The position numbers and the translations under genes were made by a program. From Macrostomum hystrix (taxonomy: Eukaryota > Animalia > Platyhelminthes): a stretch of 64,000 bases of DNA. The stretch's first letter is position 1; each line of letters begins with the position of its first letter. The DNA lies in NCBI GenBank assembly GCA_950097015.1, contig CATNEN010000010.1, positions 248,001-312,000 of the forward strand, read 5' to 3'. The notes beneath the pieces were generated by a model. The model saw nothing but the letters and a program-made list of their open reading frames with translations, was not told the DNA's origin and made no database searches. This document shows, one piece after another, positions 1 to 11,028 of this stretch.

Positions 1-440
1 GATTATACAATCTGCCCTGAGGCAGATCTGATCTCTAATTTATTATGCACAGCAGGGTTGAGCGTTTCATTGCAGGGCATGTCTAGCCATCATGATTGGC
101 TGCTTTTGTTAGTTCTTTTTTACAGTTGTAGCACTGAAGTATTTTTATTATCACATTTTAACTGTTGTGTGTTGCCGAATTGAGGAAGCACTTTATGTCA
201 TTGAGCCAAGATATGAGTACTTAATTTCCTATTGCTTCATATCACCCAGCTGTAAATGGTTAAAAGTACCATCTGGGTTAGACATTTTGGAGGTTGTCGA
301 TACAGTCCCGACTCCCGAGTCCAGTCAGTTTGCACAATATCTGATCAATATGAGCTCATGAAAAGGCACGAGTTATCTTTTAAGCATACGCAAAACCTCC
401 TGCTAATATGCAATGACAAACCTCCCATCCCGCTGTTAAG

Positions 441-2875
441 GACGTCTTCCTGCCACAGGGCTACCCAGACTCCGTGTCCTCTGATTACCTGACCTACCAG
501 CTGTGGGACACCGCCCAGGCATTCTGCAGCTCCGTCACCGGCGCCCTGGCCGGCCGGGCTGTCCTGACTGGCTACGGCGTCGGCGACCAGAGCGCCACGG
601 TGGCCGCCGCCACCCTCGCCTGGCTGCTGCGAGATGGCTGCGGGATGGTCGGTCGCATCCTGTTCACTTGGGCGCGCGGCGCCGCCCTCGACTGGGACTG
701 CAAGCGCTACCGCCTGCTGGCCGATGTGCTCAATGACCTGGCCATCCTGCTGCAGCTGCTCTGCCCGCTGGCCGGCTCGCCCGGCTCCGCCACCGTCGCG
801 GTCGTCTTGTGCGCGGCCTCCATGCTGCTGTCACTGGTGGGAGTCTGCGGCGGAGCCACGCGTGCTGCGCTCACCATGCACCAGGTGAGCTTTTGGCTGA
901 CTGCCTGTCTGATTTCGTTAAAACCTGCATATGACTGGTCTGGGTGTCTGTGTGAGTCTGTCTGCTCTTCTGCTGTGTGAGTCTGTCTGCTCTGTGTGAG
1001 TCTGTCTGCTCTTCTGCTCTGTGTGAGTCTGTCTGCTCTGTGTCAGTCTGTCTGCTCTTCTGCTCTGTGTGAGTCTGTCTGCTCTGTGTGAGTCTGTCTG
1101 CTCTGTGTGAGTCTGTCTGCTCTGTGTGAGTCTGTCTGCTCTTCTGCTCTGTGTGAGTCTGTCTGCTCTGTGTCAGTCTGTCTGCTCTTCTGCTGTGTGA
1201 GTCTGTCTGCTCTGTGTGAGTCTGTCTGCTCTTCTGCTGTGTGAGTCTGTCTGCTCTGTGTGAGTCTGTCTGCTCTTCTGCTGTGTGAGTCTGTCTGCTC
1301 TGTGTCAGTCTGTCTGCTCTGTGTGAGTCTGTCTGCTCTGTGTGAGTCTGTCTGCTCTTCTGCTCTGTGTGAGTCTGTCTGCTCTGTGTGAGTCTGTCTG
1401 CTCTTCTGCTCTGTGTGAGTCTGTCTGCTCTGTGTGAGTCTGTCTGCTCTGTGTGAGTCTGTCTGCTCTGTGTGAGTCTGTCTGCTCTGTGTGAGTCTGT
1501 CTGCTCTTCTGCTGTGTGAGTCTGTCTGCTCTGTGTGAGTCTGTCTGCTCTGTGTGAGTCTGTCTGCTCTTCTGCTGTGTGAGTCTGTCTGCTCTGTGTG
1601 AGTGTCTGCTCTGTGTGAGTCTGTCTGCTCTTCTGCTGTGTGAGTCTGTCTGCTCTGTGTGAGTCTGTCTGCTCTGTGTGAGTCTGTCTGTTCTGTGTGA
1701 GTCTGTCTGCTCTGTGTGAGTCTGTCTGCTCTGTGTGAGTCTGTCTGCTCTTCTGCTCTGTTAATTGTGGCGCTATCAGTCCTGTGTGTGTCTCTGTCAG
1801 TTTTGGTGATCTCTGTCTGTTTTTTGAGTGTCAGGCTGTCTGTTTTCTGTTAGTGTCGAGCTATCCTCTGTGTTTGTCTTTCCTGAGAGTCGGACTCACG
1901 CAGTGCTCAGCCTTTTTATTAAAACCAGTCAGCTGACCTTCACTGTTCACTCCATCAGTCAGCTGGTGAATTTTTTACTTTTCGAGTTTTTAGTTGCTCG
2001 AGACAATCTTTGACTCCGCTTTGCCCACCTTTTAGTTGGGTATTGCTGATCCTAATCGAATACTTCCCACTCGTGTCTCCTGACTGCATCTTGTATTTTG
2101 CAGTAATGCTTAGCAAAACATGCTTTGTTACAAGAGCTCCCCACCACAGGCCCGCAGGCACAACATGGCTGACGTGTCGGCCAAGGACGCATCGCAGGAG
2201 ACGCTGGTGAATTTGGGCGCACTGATTTTCAACCTACTGTTTGTGCCGCTCATCACTGGCGGCGCTGCCGTTGCCACCTACGCCCTGTTCACCGCCGGCC
2301 ACCTGTACTCCAATTGGCGCGCCGTGCGCTCGGTTGCCATGGAGACGCTAAATCCCAGCCGGCTGCACCTGGTGATCATTAGCTTCGTAGCCAGCGGCGG
2401 TCGCGTCTGCGCCGGCGTCGCCCAGGTGAACCGGTCCGAGCCGCTGGTCCGCCCGGCCGCCTGTCCGCTCCGCCTCGGCTGCTCCCTGTCCGACCCAGCC
2501 GCCGACATGCCACCTGGCCGCCTCCGCGAGGGCCTTCAACAACTGCGGCGACGCCGATTCACCGTCCTGGCCGGCCCCTCCGGCCGCTTCTACGCTCCGC
2601 TGTCCGAGGGCGCCACCGCGCAGGACCAGCTGAGGGCTGCGTTCGAGTCCGAGCTGCTCCACCTGGCCGCTACTCGGCCCGACCTGTTCGACGCTGTCGG
2701 CGGCTGCTTGGAGCTGCAGCAGCAGCAGCAGCAGTCTGCCCTAGAGGCCGCGGCTGCCTTGGCCGACCGGCTGATGCCGAACTTCCTGGCCGCGTTAGAC
2801 CGTGCCGGCTGGACCACCGAGCCGCTGATGCTTGGCGCAGGACAGCACCGCCTGGGCTGGGCAAAGTCCGCCTAA
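441..2875 (+). CDS. RUSF1: RUS1-family protein (root UVB sensitive 1 / C16orf58-like), 5'-partial; exons 441-884 and 2150-2875
   Basis: Exon 441-884 reads DVFLPQGYPDSVSSDYLTYQLWDT... and ends CAG|GTGAGC. The phase-0 acceptor CACAG|2150 continues ARRHNMADVSAKDASQETLVNL, both conserved RUS1 motifs. Earlier exons were not identified. Confidence 0.9.
945..1760 (+). repeat. Intronic minisatellite, 19-bp unit GTGTGAGTCTGTCTGCTCT with longer variants
   Basis: Direct tandem periodicity inside RUS1 intron 885-2149. Confidence 0.95.
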
Positions 2876-3289
2876 ATGAGCTCTGCTCACTGGCCTGACC
2901 GTTAGGCCGCTGCCTGAGTGACTGGTTGTCTTCCATCTAGCAGTGCTCCCGCTGCTCTGATCTATGCGGGCCTGGGGTCTAGTAGAAAGTTTCCATGTTT
3001 GTCTAGTCAGTCATTGTTAGTTGCCTTGATTGACTGATGCCCTCGCATTCATTGCGCGATATAATGATTATTCTCCTATGTCACAGAGAAGCTTTAATAA
3101 AATGATTTGTCTCAGTATAGACTCATAGAATTGTCTGCTAGTTGCATAGCCAAATCAAAGCTGTATCAGAGTCCAAGCTATTCCTTATCAGCTGTCACTC
3201 TTTCCTGCTGGCTCTGTTATATTTTATGTGCTCTCGCAGTTGGTTATTTACTCGAAGCATTGGCATTTCCACAGAAATCAGTGGAAAGA

Positions 3290-3497
3290 AGCCGCTGGCT
3301 GAGTGGTCTGAGGGGAGAAGCTGCTGCCTGAGTGACCTGAGGGGAGAAGCTGCTGCCTGAGTGACCTGAGGGGAGAAGCCGCTGCCTGAGTGACCTGAGG
3401 GGAGAAGCCGCTGCCTGAGTGACCTGAGGGGAGAAGCCGCTGCCTGAGTGACCTGAGGGGAGAAGCCGCTGCCTGAGTGACCTGAGGGAGAAGCTAC
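3290..3497 (+). repeat. 29-bp tandem repeat (GTGACCTGAGGGGAGAAGCCGCTGCCTGA), about 7 copies
   Basis: Period 29 seen directly (3361, 3390). Confidence 0.95.
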
Positions 3498-3618
3498 AGA
3501 AAATTTCAGCAATCCAAAGTTTATCTGTGCTGTGGATCCCAGCCTCCTGGCTGTTCTCGTACAAATTTAACGGTTCAAAATTGCAGTCCGTTAAAATTTG
3601 AGAGCCGATCAGCAGCGA

Positions 3619-4068
3619 ATGCAGAGCCAGCAGCAGCCGCCACAGCCTAAGCGGCCGGTTTCGAATCCTCGGCGTCGAGTTATATTCAAAAGCGCCGTGA
3701 CGAACAGCAACAGCGGCCTTGGCGAGCTGCTGAAGCTCCAGCTGGCTGCGGTCGTAGCCGCAGACTCGGCCGCCGTGGCTGCCACTTACGGGCCCTGGCA
3801 GCCTGCCAAGGTGCCTCTGCCGGCTTTTTACTATGTCGGTAGGCTGGTTGCGCCTTCCAAGCTGTCCGGTGGCAGCTCGAAGCCGACGGCTTCAGCGCAG
3901 AAACGCCGGCCGATGGTGCAGCTGAGCATCACCGAGTCCTTCCAGCACGCCAGGAAGCGGCGCCCAGCTACCGGCGCTGACTGCTGCCAGGAGAAGCTGC
4001 GCCGGCCTGAAAGACCGCGGCGTCAGCAGCAGCACCTTCTCATGACGGAAACAGGTCCCGGGAGCTGA
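3619..4068 (+). CDS. Divergent Cip/Kip-like CDK inhibitor candidate with a C-terminal PIP-degron-like motif
   Basis: RRVIF (RxL-like), YGPWQPAKVPLPAFYY (compare p27 YEWQEVEKGSLPEFYY) and QLSITESFQHARKRR (compare p21 QTSMTDFYHSKRR). The central WNFDF motif is not recognisable. Confidence 0.5.
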   Translation: MQSQQQPPQPKRPVSNPRRRVIFKSAVTNSNSGLGELLKLQLAAVVAADSAAVAATYGPWQPAKVPLPAFYYVGRLVAPSKLSGGSSKPTASAQKRRPMVQLSITESFQHARKRRPATGADCCQEKLRRPERPRRQQQHLLMTETGPGS

Positions 4069-4221
4069 GTAGACTTTGAGTAGACTCTTCTTTAACGTTG
4101 GCTGAGCCTGCGTTCTTTATTTCATGCCAGGTCTTCATTTTTGCCCATCATTGTTTACTCTGATCTTCGGCAGCTTACCCATGCTGCTCAAAACTTAAAC
4201 TGTGTCTGCCGCCAGATGTCT

Positions 4222-4445
4222 AGTTTGTCTACCCCAGCTGTCTACTCTGTCTACCCTAGCCTTATACACCCAGCTGTCTACTCAGCCTACCCCAGCTGTC
4301 TACTCTGTCTACCCCAGCTGTCTACTCTGTCTACCCCAGCTGTCCACGCTGTCTACCCCAGCTGTCCACGCTGTCTACCCCAGCTGTCTACTCTGTCTAC
4401 CCCAGCTGTCTACTCTGTCTACCCCAGCTGTCTACTCTGTCTGCC
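4222..4445 (+). repeat. 22-bp tandem repeat (CTACCCCAGCTGTCTACTCTGT)
   Basis: Period 22 seen directly. Confidence 0.9.
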
Positions 4446-5472
4446 GCAACTGTCTTCTCCTTACGAATACATATTACATCTGCTACTGAGTTCTGTATCA
4501 AATAGTTTACTCTTATCTAGTTGCCTGGCGGTTTGTTCAGTACTATTTCAAGTTTCTGTTTCCGCATTTGTTCAATCGGCCTTTTTCGCCAACTCGTCAG
4601 TCTGCCGGCTTGTTTTCGTTTTGAATTCGAAGCCTCGTTATTTTCTTGTTTGTGGTGTCTTTTATACACATTTTTGTTTTTTATGCTATATTTTTTTCTA
4701 ATTTCGCTCGAAATTATGTAGCAGAACGAAGGACTACATGTAGAAGCTTACTAGACGTAAAATGCGTCTCAACACAACACTCACGCTCTGTCTCGAATTC
4801 TGCTTGAGAATACATTGAGTACATGGCGAGTTGCGTTGTCAGTGTTAGGATGTGTACTTTTTGCGATGTTGTTTTTGATGTGCCTGACAGGTCTCACAGT
4901 TGAGCCATTTACGTCAGTGAATTTTCAAAGCAAGTACAGCACTCAATGAAATTGTCGCAGAGCGAAGCGTCCTTCTACCACTGATGGTCCTGCTTAGAAT
5001 TCTTGTATCATTTTTACCCGGCCAGAAGCAAATTTTTCCTTAGTTTTCCGGTTTATCAGTTATTTACATTTTTTGTCGTCCGTGTTATTCAGTTTTTTTC
5101 TGGCTAGCCAGGAACCAACTCCACAGCGCGCCGCAAGTGTTTTGGATTCTTTTTTTTTGTATCAAATAGTTGCGCTTTTGTCTTGTCTTTTTTGTTGATA
5201 TCTGGAATTCATTTCGATGTTAGACTAGGGTACACTTCCGCTCAGGTAGATGTGGTTTTATCTCTATGCCCTTGATATGTTGATACTGTCATTGTAACTT
5301 GGAGGTTGGAACTCACGGGCGTAATTTGCACGACAGCCCCAAGCCATCTCTACGCGGCTGCGCCCCAATTACGCAGCCTCGCTGCGTACTTGAGCTCAGA
5401 GACGACACTTGGTGAGAGGGGCCAACGCGTTAGACCACTCTGATACTCTCGTCCTCTTCTAGGACGCGATAT

Positions 5473-7250
5473 TGTGTCAGGAATAGCAATTCTCACTATA
5501 TTCTGGGTCAGGAATAGCAATCCTCACCATATTCTGGGTCAGAAATAGCAATCCTCACTATATTCTGGGTCAGGAATAGCAATCCTCACTATATTCTGGG
5601 TCAGGAATAGCAATCCTCACTATATTCTGGGTCAGGAATAGCAATCCTCACTATATTCTGGGTCAGGAATAGCAATCCTCACTATATTCTGGGTCAGGAA
5701 TAGCAATCCTCACTATATTCTGGGTCAGGAATAGCAATCCTCACTATATTCTGGGTCAGGAATAGCAATCCTCACTATATTCTGGGTCAGGAATAGCAAT
5801 CCTCACTATATTCTGGGTCAGGAATAGCAATCCTCACTATATTCTGGGTCAGAAATAGCAATTCTCACTATATTCTGGGTCAGGAATAGCAATTCTCACT
5901 ATATTCTGGGTCAGGAATAGCAATCCTCACTATATTCTGGGTCAGGAATAGCAATCCTCACTATATTCTGGGTCAGGAATAGCAATCCTCACTATATTCT
6001 GGGTCAGAAATAGCAATTCTCACTATATTCTGGGTCAGGAATAGCAATTCTCACTATATTCTGGGTCAGGAATAGCAATCCTCACTATATTCTGGGTCAG
6101 GAATAGCAATCCTCACTATATTCTGGGTCAGGAATAGCAATCCTCACTATATTCTGGGTCAGGAATAGCAATCCTCACTATATTCTGGGTCAGGAATAGC
6201 AATCCTCACTATATTCTGGGTCAGAAATAGCAATTCTCACTATATTCTGGGTCAGGAATAGCAATTCTCACTATATTCTGGGTCAGGAATAGCAATCCTC
6301 ACTATATTCTGGGTCAGGAATAGCAATTCTCACTATATTCTGGGTCAGGAATAGCAATCCTCACTATATTCTGGGTCAGGAATAGCAATCCTCACTATAT
6401 TCTGGGTCAGGAATAGCAATCCTCACTATATTCTGGGTCAGGAATAGCAATCCTCACTATATTCTGGGTCAGGAATAGCAATCCTCACTATATTCTGGGT
6501 CAGGAATAGCAATCCTCACTATATTCTGGGTCAGGAATAGCAATCCTCACTATATTCTGGGTCTGGAATAGCAATCCTCACTATATTCTGGGTCAGGAAT
6601 AACAATCCTCACTATATTCTGGGTCAGGAATAACAATTCTCACTATATTCTGGGTCAGGAATAACAATCCTCACTATATTCTGGGTCAGGAATAGCAATC
6701 CTCACTATATTCTGGGTCAGGAATAGCAATCCTCACTATATTCTGGGTCAGGAATAGCAATCCTCACTATATTCTGGGTCAGAAATAGCAATTCTCACTA
6801 TATTCTGGGTCAGGAATAACAATTCTCACTATAATATGGGTCAGGAATAGCAATCCTCACTATATTCTGGGTCAGGAATAGCAATCCTCACTATATTCTG
6901 GGTCAGGAATAGCAATCCTCACTATATTCTGGGTCAGGAATAGCAATCCTCACTATATTCTGGGTCAGGAATAGCAATCCTCACTATATTCTGGGTCAGG
7001 AATAGCAATCCTCACTATATTCTGGGTCAGGAATAGCAATTCTCACTATATTCTGGGTCAGGAATAACAATCCTCACTATATTCTGGGTCAGGAATAGCA
7101 ATCCTCACTATATTCTGGGTCAGGAATAGCAATTCTCACTATATTCTGGGTCAGGAATAGCAATCCTCACTATATTCTGGGTCAGGAATAGCAATCCTCA
7201 CTATATTCTGGGTCAGGAATAGCAATTCTCACTATATTCTGGGTCAGGAA
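5473..7250 (+). repeat. 31-bp minisatellite (CAGGAATAGCAATCCTCACTATATTCTGGGT), about 57 copies
   Basis: Highly homogeneous period-31 array with no spacers. Confidence 0.97.
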
Positions 7251-7543
7251 AAACAAAATTTAAATCACTTTTGCTGGTTGACGCGCTTACACCGGATGAG
7301 GCGGGCTGTCTCTCCGAGCCGACATCACAGCCCATCCGTCGTCCGTCTCCTGTCATCCCGCCCACTTTGCCGCCCATCCTCCGTGCGCTGCACCCTTTCC
7401 CCAGGTCAGGTGAAATGCAGCCAATAGCCTATTTCTATTCATTAACGCCACATCCGGCGCAGAAATAAAACTCTACAAAAATGGTTTTCACAGCTGCGCT
7501 GTTAATTCGAAGCGGCAAGCAGGCTCCAGTTTACTCACTAACA

Positions 7544-9729
7544 ATGTCTGCAACTGAGCAGAGCTACCTCTGCTCAGTGTGCTCATGCACCTGGCCGGCC
7601 GGCTATCACTACGGCGCCATCACCTGCCACGCCTGCAAGTCGTTCTTCTAGCGCACGGTGCAGTTCTCGCTGTCCTATTCCTGCATGCGCAAGCCGCGCC
7701 ACTGCTCGCTCAGCTCCGAGAAGAACTGCTCGTGTGGCTTCTGTCGCTTCCGTCGCTGCCTGGAGGTTGGCATGCGGCCCGCTCTGGTCAAGTCGCTGGC
7801 GCCCGACCTCGAGGGCCATCGGTCAGTCGTAGCGGTTGCAGCTTGTTCAAGATCTCCGGTAGCTTATCCCATGAGGTATGAAACATTCAGCGGGCTAACC
7901 CTGTATTGTCGGCTGCCACAATTGTGATATTTCTCAGCTTGCAATGCCTTGCAGCTCTGCTGATCGGCAAGCCGGAGGTTCTCAGCAGTCGCTTGTGCCA
8001 TTCAGCTCTGCCCGAGCCACCGTTACCTTGGTGCTGCCTGCCGGCCTGTCGCCGCAGCTGCCTCAGCTGCACCAGCAGTTCACCCAGCAGCAGCAGAGTC
8101 TCATAGGTCCGCCCTCAGCCCCGCCGCCTAAGAGGCTCCGCCGGCTGCTGCCGCGACTCCCGGAGATCCCAGTCGAGCATCACTGTCTGCGGTCGCAGCA
8201 AGCGGCGAGCAGCAGCGCCGGCAGTCTGACCCCAGACCAGCAGGCTGGCGACTTGCCGGATCTGGAGTCTGTGCGCATCGACCTCAGCGGCATGGCTGGG
8301 GTGCATGACCTGAGGATGATCATGTCCAATGGGATCTTCCTCCTCATTGAGGGCTACCTGAGCTCCATGTTGCGCTGGGTCAAAAAGCTGCCAGGCTTCG
8401 CCCGACTCCACATCAAGGACCGCGTGGCGCTAGTTCAGCGGCACTGGACATCATCGTCCTGCAGGTCCGCGGCAAATCTTGTTGTTATATGGGAAATAAT
8501 GGACATTGCTTGTCACTCCGACTTAGCCGATTCAAAATCGCCGCGACTCACCTCGCTTACCCACCCGGGTGGCCTGGAACTCGCAGCCCTACACTGGCAC
8601 TCTGCCACCCCGCTTACCCACTCAGGTGGCCTACTGGCACTCTGCCACCCCGCTTACCCACTCAGGTGGCCTACTGGCACTCTGCCTCCCCGCTTACCCA
8701 CTCAGGTGGCCTACTGGCACTCTGCCACCCCGCTTACCCACTCAGGTGGCCTACTGGCACTCTGCCACCCCGCTTACCCACTCAGGTGGCCTACTGGCAC
8801 TCTGCCACCCCGCTTACCCACTCAGGTGGCCTACTGGCACTCTGCCACCCCGCTTACCCACTCAGGTGGCCTACTGGCACTCTGCCACCCCGCTTACCCA
8901 CTCAGGTGGCCTACTGGCACTCTGCCACCCCGCTTACCCACTCAGGTGGCCTACTGGCACTCTGCCACCCCGCTTACCCACTCAGGTGGCCTACTGGCAC
9001 TCTGCCACCCCGCTTACCCGCCCAGGTGGCCTGGAACTCGCAGCCCTACACTGGCACTCTGCCACCCCGCTTACCCACTCAGGTGGCCTACTGGCACTCT
9101 GCCTCCCCGCTTACCCGCCCAGGTGGCCTGGAACTCGCAGCCCTACACTAGCACTCTGCCTCCCCGCTTACCCGCCCAGGTGGCCTGGAACTCGCAGCCC
9201 TACACTGGCACTCTGCCACCCCGCTTACCCACTCAGGTGGCCTACTGGCACTCTGCCTCCCCGCTTACCCGCCCAGGTGGCCTGGAACTCGCAGCCCTAC
9301 ACTGGCACTCTGCCACCCCGCTTACCCGACCAGGTGGCCTGGAACTCGCAGCCCTACACTGGCACTCTGCAGTTCTGCGAAGGTTTCAGCCTGCACGAGT
9401 CGCAGGACTCGCGCTCGCCGCAGCCGCCCCGCATCAGCCGGCACACCCGCTGCCTGGCGCAGAGACTCAGCCAGCTCAGCCTTAGCCACGCTGAGCTGCT
9501 CCAGCAGCGCATCGTCTTGTTCCTTGAGACCGCCTGCTGGACCGACTGGATCGATGCGGACAGCATTGATCAGATACAGAGGCGCCACCTGCGGGCTCTG
9601 ATCCGCCTCTGCCCTTGCCAGCTCCGCCGGGCCCGCCTCCTGCAGCTGAGCAGTCACGTGACTGCCAGCCGCCTGCTCACGCTGGCCTACCTGGACCAAG
9701 CTGCGAATGCTGCGAATCTCCCTGGCTGA
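7544..9729 (+). pseudogene. Nuclear hormone receptor (C4 DBD + LBD) with in-frame TAG; exons about 7544-7821, 7955-8464, 9373(or 9390)-9729
   Basis: ATG7544 reads CSVC...HYGAITCHACKSFF*RTV...C...C.CGFCRFRRCLEVGM, with TAG at 7649-7651. The LBD signature WVKKLPGFARLHIKDRVAL is in exon 2, and helix 7-10-like LSQLSLSHAELLQQRIVLF...IDQIQ is in exon 3. Confidence 0.75.
8545..9372 (+). repeat. Intronic minisatellite of mixed 40-bp and 57-bp units, ending at the exon-3 acceptor of the nuclear receptor
   Basis: TCTGCC recurs at 8641/8681 (40 bp) and 9001/9058 (57 bp). The last partial unit ends CTCTGCAG|. Confidence 0.92.
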
Positions 9730-10370
9730 TGGTGCGCCCAGAGAGCTGCAGCCACTGTTCTGAGCTCACAACTCCCCACTAAGCCACTCCATTTTTGTTG
9801 TTGTCCGTCGTCTGCCGTTGCCAAGGCTGCATCTTTTTGTTGCCTATAGCTACATTCTCGTCAAATGACATTTTATCAACTTGCTTTAAGTTGATATCCC
9901 TTTATTTAGCTTTTCTATACTGGTATATACACCAAATGTACAAATTTACATTTTTATATCAGTTTTCTAGACAATTTATTTGCTCCTTTGTTGTATTTTG
10001 ACGCCTGACCTCACGCTGGTTCATTTCTGAGCTCATTCTCTTCTTAAGTATATTCTATTTCTGAGCAGATTACCTTCAATCTCATGATTTCCTTCGGCAC
10101 CCAGCAACCGCGGCTTATGTCTGTCCGACTGCCACTGAGACAATCTTGTTTGAGGAAATTTGTTTCCGGACCATCAGACTCACATCTTGAAAGATTCTGT
10201 GTGCGAGTTTGGTCTATTGTTTTATTTATCTCCCCTAAAAGCCTTGCACATTCAGCTTATCAGGAGCCACTTTTCCTGATTTACGAGTAATTAGCTTTTA
10301 ACAGTTTTTTAAATAAACCGCTGTACAAACCGACTCTCAGGGTTTTGTTCTTTTCGTTTCCCATGTGGAT

Positions 10371-10890
10371 TATTCGCATTTCCCATGCCACGGAGGGGAT
10401 TATTTGCGTTTCCCATGCCACAGTGGGGATTATTCGCATATCCCATGCCACAGTGGGGATTATTTGCATTTCCCATGCCACAGTGGGGATTATTCGCATC
10501 TGCCATGCCACAGTGGGGATTATTCGCATCTGCCATGCCACAGTGGGGATTATTTGCATTTCCCATGCCACAGTGGGGATTATTCGCATCTGCCATGCCA
10601 CAGTGGGGATTATTCGCATCTGCCATGCCACAGTGGGGATTATTCGCATCTGCCATGCCACAGTGGGGATTATTCGCATCTGCCATGCCACAGTGGGGAT
10701 TATTCGCATCTGCCATGCCACAGTGGGGATTATTCGCATCTGCCATGCCACAGTGGGGATTATTCGCATCTGCCATGCCACAGTGGGGATTATTCGCATC
10801 TGCCATGCCACAGTGGGGATTATTCGCATCTGCCATGCCACAGTGGAGATTATTCGCATCTGCCATGCCACAGTGGGGATTATTCGCATT
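10371..10890 (+). repeat. 30-bp minisatellite (TGCCATGCCACAGTGGGGATTATTCGCATC), about 17 copies
   Basis: Exact period 30, which explains the six overlapping repetitive ORFs here. Confidence 0.97.
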
Positions 10891-11028
10891 TCTTATGTAA
10901 GAGTGGGAATCGCACACCGCACTTACTTATTTTTAATTTCAGCTCTGCTGAGTGGCATTCCTTGGCCTGCAAAGTCTCTACCTGGTGAATCTGTGCTAGA
11001 ACTGATATCTCTGAGCAGCAGCAGCAGG

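Noticed and set aside
4800-4950. Hydrophobic TM-like reading frame (WRVALSVLGCVLFAMLF)
   Set aside because: No start codon, splice context or family motif.
5473-7250. CRISPR-like array (also 39300-42510, 10371-10890 and other arrays)
   Set aside because: Units are contiguous with no unique spacers, there are no cas genes, and the context is eukaryotic.
7944-9485. 513-aa ORF as one protein
   Set aside because: It is nuclear-receptor exon 2 running on into an intronic minisatellite.
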